Source: Raillietiella orientalis (Eukaryota). Taken from it: a stretch of 64,000 nucleotides of DNA. Below the pieces are notes generated by a model. The model saw only the letters and a list, made by a program, of their open reading frames with translations, was not told the DNA's origin and did no database searches. This document shows, piece by piece, positions 55,503-64,000 of this stretch. The stretch's first letter is position 1. Each line of letters opens with the position of its first letter. The stretch spans positions 2,666,001-2,730,000 of the forward strand of contig JAYWIR010000027.1 of NCBI GenBank assembly GCA_036172245.1, given 5' to 3'. Made by a program: the position numbers and the translations under genes.

Positions 55503-56810
55503 TTTTAACAAAGGTGTGATTTTCAATCAATAATAATTAGGATCAGTGATACAAAGATTTCATTAATAAGCTTCTAAAGATTAGAAAGAAAAAAAAATGA
55601 AACCTAGAAAGTTATAGAGTTTAAAAGCCTAAAGTTTGAATTCAAGAACGAAAAAAATTGCAAATAGTATAAAAGTTTCATGAGGAATGTTAGCTCTGTA
55701 TATGAGAATCAAAATTATAAATAGCTACGGCTGGCTGTCTTTTAAATTCTCATTATCGACTTAACCTCTCATTTCAAATGGTTTATTGCATAATTCAGAG
55801 AATAAATCAATCTTCTCGTTTGATTTTTTTCCCAGACTATTATTTTGCTCACAATTGAATTTGCTTTTTTTCAAATGCCTCCTTCCATCTTAATTGCTTA
55901 AATCTAATGATCCCTTCTAATAGTCTTCTCTTTTCACTTTGAGGATAGCGTGGCTTAAATGTCTGAAACTTCAGTTGATGATTTCGACATGCATTTATGA
56001 CTTTCATGGGAAAACACTCGGTTGAATTCATGCTATCGTGGGCTAACTACCTAAGTTTTTGACAGGAATTCTCATAAAATATGATTACGTTCGTGTGGCA
56101 GTTAAGGTTTTTTTCATTCCGAAACGAACAAACTTGTATAGAATTTTTCGAGAGAATATGTTCAGTAATCTCGTTACGGACCTGTAGAGTTCGAATCTCA
56201 GTTATGCTATTCTAGTTATGAAAACGATCATTTAATAAAAAATCAAAATTCCATTCTAAATGATCCTATTTGTGTAAATTCTGTATTATGTACCAAAATT
56301 AGCTTAGAAACAAAAGTTGTTTCTGATTTTTTCCTTTTTTTTTTTTTTAACTTCAAATCCTCTTTTGGGCATTTTAACTCCGGGAAATATCTGAAAATCC
56401 AAATATTCATTCAAATTTAGTTGGAAATCTATTTTGTGTATAATTACTTCGAAGATAAGGCAGTCTCGAACTTGAACGTAAGCACTCGAATACTTCACAA
56501 TGATATTTTATTTACTTTCGAGCATACAAAGCATTCCACTGGACAGCACATCTGTTAAGAGAATACTGTTACAGTAATGGTGTGTGATAACTGTTTTTAT
56601 AACTAATGTTTATAAAAATTCGTTCATGACAGTGGTTTATTATGCATCATTACAACTGAAAAATGAAAAATGACGCAGGATGAGGTTATAGAATTTTATT
56701 TAGTCTTGATGAAACAATTAGGGAAAAGGCAAAAGGCGATTGAATTCTGAGTATTCAAATGCGAGAATTTTGTATGCTGTCATTATGTGGAAACCCTATT
56801 TTAATGGAGT

Positions 56811-58357
56811 ATGGCCTTACGCAAGAGCACGTGTAGTGCAGCATGCCTGTTAAAACCGAGAATATTAGTTTCAAAGCTATTTAGTGATGTCAGAAGCAAG
56901 AGTTGTTTATTTCCAAGTAGGAAATGTTTTCATGAACTGAGTTACCCAAATCTGTTATTGCCAAGTTCCCAAACCTCAGCACGAATTCCTTTATTACACC
57001 ATGTGGAACGTTTTTCCCGAGGAAGTTTTTTAAATAGAAGTTTTTTCGTTAAAGAATTGATTCCAAAATCAAATTTTTTGGTGAATTCTGCCTATTGTTC
57101 CAAAAATGCGGTACAAAATTCCATTATTTCCAATGAAATACCCAAGGCGGAAGAAAATGAGGAACAGCGCAAAAAAAGGGATCAATGGAAAGCCATGAAA
57201 TATTCCTTTATATTTTTTGGAGCAACACTGACAGGAGTAACTTTGTTTTTAATAATTGAATGGGGTACCGTACCTATTTTGTGAGGCATTTTTTGCTTGT
57301 TGCAAGCATTTAGTGTGACTCTTGTTATCATTAAATTGAATCATTTCTGATGCCAAAATGTTAGGTTCTCCACAACGTGACGATCAAGGCAAGATATTGG
57401 AGGATGAATTTAGCAGCACATGGTTACCCATCCAGTATATACTTAGATCCTGGAGGGAATTCAAATCATATAACAAGGTTCGTAAGTCTATTTTAATGAA
57501 TCGTATATAAGTCTTAAGAAAATCGTGAAAGGAATAACGTTCAGTCATGTTTTAGATGATTAAGGATCCTTCTCGAGAAAAACTGCTTCCCGATCCCCTT
57601 TCAGAACCATTTTATCAACCACCTTACACACTTGTGATAGAGATGACAGGTATTCTTGTCCATCCTGAATGGACGGTAAGAACACAGTATGATAAGATGG
57701 CATGTTATGGCAACAGTAGTATCAAACAGGTTGGAGATTCAAGAAGCGTCCAGGTGTAGATTCCTTTCTGCAGCAGGTTGGGCCCCCAACTTTTGAGCTT
57801 GTTATTTATACTTCAGAGCAGGGATTTGTAAGTACCATTCTCATGTAACTGCAATTGTTTTCCAGACTGCTTTTCCTATCCTAGATAAGTTGGATCCCCA
57901 GGGGTTCATAATGTACCGGCTATTCAGAGATGCTACACGGTACCAAAATGGAGTTCACTTGAAAGACCTGAATTGTTTAAATCGTGACTTGTCTCACGTT
58001 ATCTTAGTGGACTGGAACAAGGAGGCTATGGCTAACAGCCCAAGAAATGGTCTACTGCTGCCTCGATGGAATGGCAGTGATGATGACAGGGCTCTCTATG
58101 ATTTAGCAGTCATGCTGCGAAGTAAGTAGAGAGAAATAATGCGAAAAATTTATTGGTTTACAGCCATTGCTGCTTCAAATGTACAGGATGTTCGTGAGGT
58201 ACTGGACTTTTATCAACAGTTTGATGACCCTTTGGCTGCTTTCAAAGAGAATCAGTTGCTTGCCAAACAACAGGAGGACATCCTGCAGCAGAAACATGCT
58301 AATTCTTCTTTGGTATCATCTTGGACTCCTTCTTTTCTGGGAAGAAAGCGTTCCTAA
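56811..58357 (+). CDS. TIMM50: Mitochondrial import inner membrane translocase subunit TIM50, about 414 aa. Exons: 56811-57264, 57365-57477, 57556-57675, 57720-57827, 57866-58121, 58164-58357
   Basis: Basic presequence-like N-terminus, one transmembrane segment ([22 protein letters not shown]), then [47 protein letters not shown]...[31 protein letters not shown] (FCP1-like NIF domain of TIM50). All introns are GT-AG and the total is 1245 nt in frame. Confidence 0.95.
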
Positions 58358-58363
58358 AATAAA
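58358..58363 (+). terminator. Polyadenylation signal of TIM50
   Basis: AATAAA immediately after the TAA stop. Confidence 0.6.
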
Positions 58364-58402
58364 TGTCCCCACAAGAAAAAAATATAACAGTTGTCTATTT
58401 GG

Positions 58403-60349
58403 TTAAAACAGAAGGGGCAGGATACGATAGGGCACTTTCTGGCAATACTGGGTCCAAGCTCCACTGTGCTTCACTTTACAAAAGCATTCATCCAAATATG
58501 CACGATGCAACAGTTGCACAAGGAGCACAGCTGGTAGCACATATAAAAGCAAGACATTGGGGCCACAGACAAGTGCCATTGGAATAACCATAAGTAAATG
58601 GCCAAGATAATTAGCATGACGTAAACGGCCCCACCAGCTGGCTAGCAACAATTTTTTTCCTCTCGATGATGGTAACGCAGGGAGTGCTGGATACATTATT
58701 TTTTATAAGCTCGGAATCATCTAGATATACCTGTCATTTGAGCCTGGTAAGGATTCTGCCTGTAGGAATGCTTTATATTATTACTGGATCGATATATGGC
58801 ATATCCTAAAAGGAAGACTAGGATAAAGACACCTAGTATGGGGACTGCCAACTCATTTTCAGGATGCATAACCAAGTAGTGCACAGGTACTACCCATACA
58901 AAAGGATTGTATGCTAAGTAATAGCAGCAATGGTAAAAACCAATTCCGTCATGCAGCACATGGAATGTGGTGAGCAGGTGGTCTTGAAACCACAAAAGAT
59001 CTATCGCATACCACACCTGGGACCCCACAGCAAACAAAAGTGTAGGGGAAGTAGGTTGCTGCCACAGGGGACTAGCCACAACACAAAAAAGCAACACCAC
59101 CTACAACTAATACAACCTTCTTTCAGAGGTGCAACTTACTTGAGCAATAGCAGACACTTGGATTAGCCAGAGCTTTATATCAATTGGACCAAAGCGAGGA
59201 TCCATCTGGCATCCTAAATACCAAGAATAAATGGCACAGTTAACTTGAGCTTTTGGATTAAGGGATGCAGCTTTGCATTTCCTGGCTTGCAGGTATAGTA
59301 AGACAGATGAGAGAAATGCGAATATCAGTGCTGACACACATAGTTGCACATGAAGCTCTGTGACTATGTTTAAGGGAATCTGCAAGTACAGTAGCACAGA
59401 CATGCCAACTGCAGTAAATATAAGAGCAAAAAACCCTAAAAAAACTTAAGTTCCTGGCATGCTTTGAATTTGGCACACTCACCATTGCACCGATATGTTA
59501 AGCGACCCATGCGGGTACTCTGACCAAGCACTTTGCGACCTACAGGAAGGCAAGCAAACAGCAACTGGACAATCAGAAAAGCTAACACCAATCCAACAGC
59601 CCTGAGATCAAAGAATGAGCTGAGCATCAAGGGCTCAGCTGGCAAACTCAAGTCACATCTGGCCTGGGAAGGCATTACCAAAACATGTGAGCAAACCATT
59701 TACCTTGCTGCATAACAAGCTTAGTCCCAGTGCCAATCCAGAAAGTGAAAACAGGCCACAAAATCCAGTAAATGCATCACCCCAACCCAAGAGTGGTGCA
59801 ACAGATGGAAGTTTGGATGCTGGAAGCTTCTGTGATAAAACTGACTCATGTTCCTGAAGCACCTAAACCAAGGAAATGCAGGCTGGAAGGAACTGATCCT
59901 CCACAGGTACCTTTGTCTCTTCATGAAGATCGGGCTTGCTCAAAACCTCAGTTCTGATTGACTTGGGAATAAAAGAATGAAACATTTTAGTTTCACTATA
60001 GGATATGCTAACTCGGGGGCGTAACTGGGGGCCACTATTTGGCTGCACTTCTGCATCACTTGTCTGGGGTGGATTTTTATCATTAATGTCCTCAAGAAAC
60101 ACCTTCGCATTTTTGGTAGCGTCAATTTTATTGTCCTCTGCTTTCGTTTCGGATTTCTGTTTGGCAGAGTTTGATTTCTGAGACTTTGTGGATCTGCTCC
60201 TAGAACCACTGGCGGATCTGTTGCGAGGCGTACGCGCAGGAGACTTCGAAGACCTCCCAGTTCTACTCCTACGAGCTGGTGACTTTGACTTTGAAGCCTT
60301 AAACACATCATTACGATTTCAAACATAAACGTTTCAAAGTGGATACCAT
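58403..60349 (-). CDS. LBR: Lamin B receptor / delta(14)-sterol reductase (ERG4/ERG24) family membrane protein, about 559 aa. Exons: 60349-60347 (ATG only, tentative), 60297-59911, 59862-59704, 59663-59483, 59435-59140, 59100-58731, 58686-58403
   Basis: N-terminal RS/SP-rich basic region (KSKSPARRSRTGRSSKSPARTPRNRSASGSRSRS) followed by multiple transmembrane segments with family motifs GRLTYRCNG, W.LG.QMDPRFG..DIK, HDGIGF, KLLLASWWGRLRHANYLG and AWTQYCQKVPYRILP. Splice phases are consistent (1680 nt). The start codon is tentative. Confidence 0.88.
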
Positions 60350-60794
60350 TCAGGCCCAACATAAGGATGTTCCTCTATCCGTCCACAAGAAAAGCGCTCG
60401 TCCAAGCTAAAAAAAAAAGAAAAAAAAAACACGATACATATGCTTTCCCTTTTCCCGCGAAAGGAGGGGGCAAAAAAAAAAAGGGGGAAACCGCAACACG
60501 GCGGAACATTTCACGCGACCACCACCACGCACGGACCCTTACGGCACTTGGTGTGCCAAATGCCGTCGGCATCCGAAAAAACAGACAACAAAAACGCAAC
60601 AAGTCGCTACTCACCGGTTTCGGTTAATACGCTGAAAGCACTCCGAGCCCAATGTTTAGCATGGCATGCTTTGGCACTCAGAACGTCATGGAACCGTTGC
60701 TCCACCGTTTACGCGTAACGTACACGGCACGACGCTACTCATTCTTTGAATCCCGTCCTGTCGTACGATTCGACGCGCGTTACTACGACCTGCC

Positions 60795-60826
60795 ATTGGT
60801 CGAGAGCGAATGCAATCCGTCATTGG
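60795..60826 (-). promoter_or_regulatory. Two CCAAT boxes in the putative LBR promoter
   Basis: ATTGG at 60795-60799 and 60822-60826, in a CpG-rich patch upstream of a probable non-coding first exon ending at the donor CCG|GTGAGT (60615/60614). Confidence 0.45.
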
Positions 60827-61145
60827 CTGAAAGGCGCAAGACGCGGAGCACGCTCGTGTCGCGGAAGAGATGGCAGCACGTCCGTAGTAAACACACACTT
60901 TTCCCGCTCAAAATGGACACATCCACGCGAAAAAAAATTCTTTATTTTTAAAACCAAAAAAGGCTGTACAAGGTAGCATAGCGGCCTGCCATGAGATTCA
61001 CACAGTAAATGAAAACATAGGAAACTGGATTATTCAACACCTATATCCATTGTGGTTCAACAGTGGGATACAGCAAACTGTATCGGAAAATTTTTCGTTA
61101 ATAAAATCGACTCCTGAAACACGGATGCTGGCTAACACTTAGGCG

Positions 61146-63411
61146 TTAGGTTTTCAGTGATTTTTCTTTTACATGCCTTCGTGCACGTATAGAATGTTGA
61201 GGAGTTCGCTTTTTAGAACGCAAGGTTGATCCCCTTGACGACAGAACACGAGAAGGATTACTGGGGGCTCTGGAGGAACGTACTGCATTGACCAGGGTTT
61301 TGACAGTATGATTTTTTGCAACCACTTCTTTGTTGCGTTTTTTAACGATTACGTTGTTCTCATTGAGAGGCTCGCTGGTGACATCTTCATCCTGACGGGA
61401 TGTTCCTGGCATACACTTTACAGCTTGCAGTGGAGAAATCTTGGCTGCCTCAATTTTCTGTCCACTATTTCGCCGTTTTCTACGTGATCGTTTCTGCAAC
61501 TGAGCTTCCGTTCGCAGAATAGATACATCAACTAACGGAAGAATGAGAGCAGTTTACAAACGGAACATTCTTACTTCCATCTGGATGCTCTTCTGACAGT
61601 TGGATGTCCTCCTGATGTCCATGTTCACACAGAAGTGATCTACGCAAAATGTTCTCAATGCGCACCTGCTCATCTGCAGGCAGACTTAGATACCCTGCGT
61701 CTTCTCTCTGAAGCTCAACGTTGGTTAAAATGCACTGGAATTCTATCCAGGATATGAATTTTCTATCACTTTTAAACACACCTGTCCTATCATAGAAATC
61801 CGGGGCATAGAGTCCTGTTTCACCCTGGACAGCTGAGAGCCAGCGAATGCGTATGCTGCGACTATGGCGCCACACATTTTGTAGCAGCTGACATAGGTAG
61901 AAACCTCCCTCTGGACTGCGCAGAGCCAAATGCTCCCCTCTAAAAAGTTTTCCAAAAGTAAAAGTGAACACCAAATGCAACTTACTTGAAAAAAATAATC
62001 AAACGATCAGCTGGTTCTGCAGATTGCTTCAATGCCCTGGGTATATAAGTCATCTCTGGAAGAGGGCTCTGATAATGTTGTGTGGGCACTCGAGCTCTCT
62101 TCAGTACCCTGTCTGTGTGTGCAACTTCTGGAGTAGTCTTACTGCCCTAAGGGACAGGCAACTGGGGCATCTGCATGTTTTCTTTTTAATTTACCTGCGC
62201 TTTAGTTGCTCGTGGTTTCTTTACAGCTACTTCCTGAGCCCTAAGGTCAGGACGAGGAATCTTTTCCAGAGGTGGAGGTACTGATTTAACTGCAACGACA
62301 GGTTTTGCAGGTCTTGGTGATGCCTCTGAAGCACTGGGTCTAGCTACTGAACCTACACAGAAGTATCAACTTCAAGTTCAACTGCCACAAGCTACCAGAA
62401 TGGCTGGGACCAGCTGGAGTCTTAACTGCCACAGGCTTAGACTGAACATTGTTGGTTGATGGTAAAGGCTTATTGCCATCCAAGGATCCAGTTTCTACTG
62501 GTTTCCTCACATGTTCTGTCAGTCTGCTGGAAGCATCATCACCACTTGTTGAAGCCTGGACCGGAGGCAACGGAACAGACGGAACAGATGGTGGGGATAA
62601 CTTTTTCATTGGACTCAAAGGCTCCATTTTAGGAAGAGGTGGAACAGTCATTCTGACTGAATGGTCTACATGTATAGGTATACCAGGGTGAGTAGAACGA
62701 ATGGGAACAGAAGAGGGAGCAGGATTTGAAGGTTTCATAGGTGAAGCAAGGGTTACCTTAGTCTGTGAGACTGGAGAGGCTGCACGTAAAGGGGTACACC
62801 CTTGTGTTCCTGGTCTGGGAGTGGAGTTCATGGAGACTGGGGATCGAACCGCATGATAAGTCTGAAAAAACTCACCAGCATAAGATACACATTATGACAA
62901 TGAAGCACCCAAACAATCACAACAATATCAAGCACATAGGAACTTATAAATTGAACTGGTTGCTTATAAAAGGTCATCAAAAGCATATGCCTATTTCCTT
63001 AAGTTTGCTAAAACAGGCAATTTCGTTTCTGCCGGCAAAATTGGGTTAACATAAGCACATACATCCATGAAACATGTTACATACGGCTACATAAAGCAGA
63101 ATACAGTTTCCCTGAGTATAGTTATGTCCCATTTTAACAAACACACCGTCCGTGCAGGCAATATTATAACAAATACCACAGTTACCGTAATCACCAACAA
63201 AACTTGTTATTTGATATATGATTTTACAGTGGCACGGTTTGCATGCGCTATAGGAGACGCTATAAACATTCGTAATTTACGTTGCACAAACCCATCTTAC
63301 CTGCGAAGTCATCGTTATGGTCGCATTTGTCATGGATAGGGGAGATGAGTAACTAACAGGTGAGTTGGATGATAGGGGTCCAGAAAGATTTACTGCTTTG
63401 GATTGATCCAT
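61146..63411 (-). CDS. Uncharacterised protein, about 535 aa: Pro/Ser-rich N-terminal half, globular domain, basic C-terminal tail. Exons: 63411-63301, 62861-62396, 62352-62195, 62146-61986, 61939-61782, 61742-61575, 61531-61146
   Basis: Seven exons join in frame via GT-AG introns (439, 43, 48, 46, 39, 43 nt; 1608 nt total). Core: KRARVPTQHYQSPLPE...DRLIIFFKGEHLALRSPEGGFYLCQLLQNVW...IRIRWLS...YAPDFYDRTEFQCILTNVEL...RIENILRRSL...EHPDGID. I recall similar uncharacterised insect proteins but cannot name the family. Confidence 0.8.
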
Positions 63412-64000
63412 TTTGATTCTGTTTCAAAAGTTTCTCACATTTTAAACCACTTTGTCGTTAGAAATGTTCCGAAAAAACGTTTCTACAAAAAAAAGAAAAA
63501 GGAAAAAAACATACATTACAGCAACAAAATACACAGATCACTAACGGCTGCTTCTATGGTTTCACTTTCGGGCAGCAAGCACGTTAAAGAAACCGCACAT
63601 GACCAACGGATTCACGAATGCTTTCACGAGTTGCGGACCCCGAAATGTGTGTGTGTGTGTACAAATGACTGATTGCACAGCCGCACATAACATGTGCTAT
63701 ACGATGCCGCTTGTACACTTCGCATAATTACCCGCCACTTCGCTCGTCATCGATCACAACAAACTTTCAGCCATTTCAAAAAACTCGGATCCCCCCCTCA
63801 CGAATCCGACGCAAAAGGCCACCACCTCCAGCTCAGGAGCGGCGGAACGTCCGTGGGTTTGTTTTCCCGGCACCTACTGCTCCCCCATCCATCTGGTGGG
63901 AAGGATTACGGTCTCGTGGGGGGGAGGGGGAGGAAGAGGAAGAAAAGAAAAAAAAACAAAAGCACTCCGCCACCACCACCAAGTGCGACTCGTGCAGAAA

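Noticed and set aside
62832..62855. tRNA T-arm-like GGTTCGATCCCC on the minus strand
   Set aside because: Lies within a coding exon (AVRSPVS); no cloverleaf.

Overview
Eukaryotic (animal, most likely arthropod; inference) genomic DNA, not prokaryotic. Five spliced protein-coding genes can be reconstructed by hand with GT-AG introns and intact reading frames. (1) A PPP1R16/MYPT3-TIMAP-like PP1 regulatory subunit (minus strand, 8 coding exons, 13723-28348). (2) TAF10 (minus, single coding exon). (3) TIM50 (plus, 6 exons). (4) A lamin-B-receptor/sterol C14-reductase-like gene (minus, 7 exons) whose catalytic motifs look degenerate. (5) An uncharacterised Pro/Ser-rich protein with a compact C-terminal beta-rich domain (minus, 7 exons). 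The last three genes are tightly packed in an AT-rich block and have extremely short introns (mostly 38-49 nt). The first ~24 kb and 47-52 kb are GC-rich and packed with heavily frameshifted fragments of L1/Tx1-like non-LTR retrotransposons (APE, RT, zf-RVT/CCHC remnants), nearly all antisense to PPP1R16 where they lie in or just downstream of it. The most unusual non-coding signals are a ~215-nt multibranched fold-back in PPP1R16 intron 1, a dispersed repeat carrying an array of CCC-GAA-GGG / cUUCGg hairpins (two copies, 36 kb apart), a 700-bp MITE and a perfect 26-bp inverted repeat. All family calls come from motif recognition by eye; no database search was run, and mobile-element boundaries are approximate.
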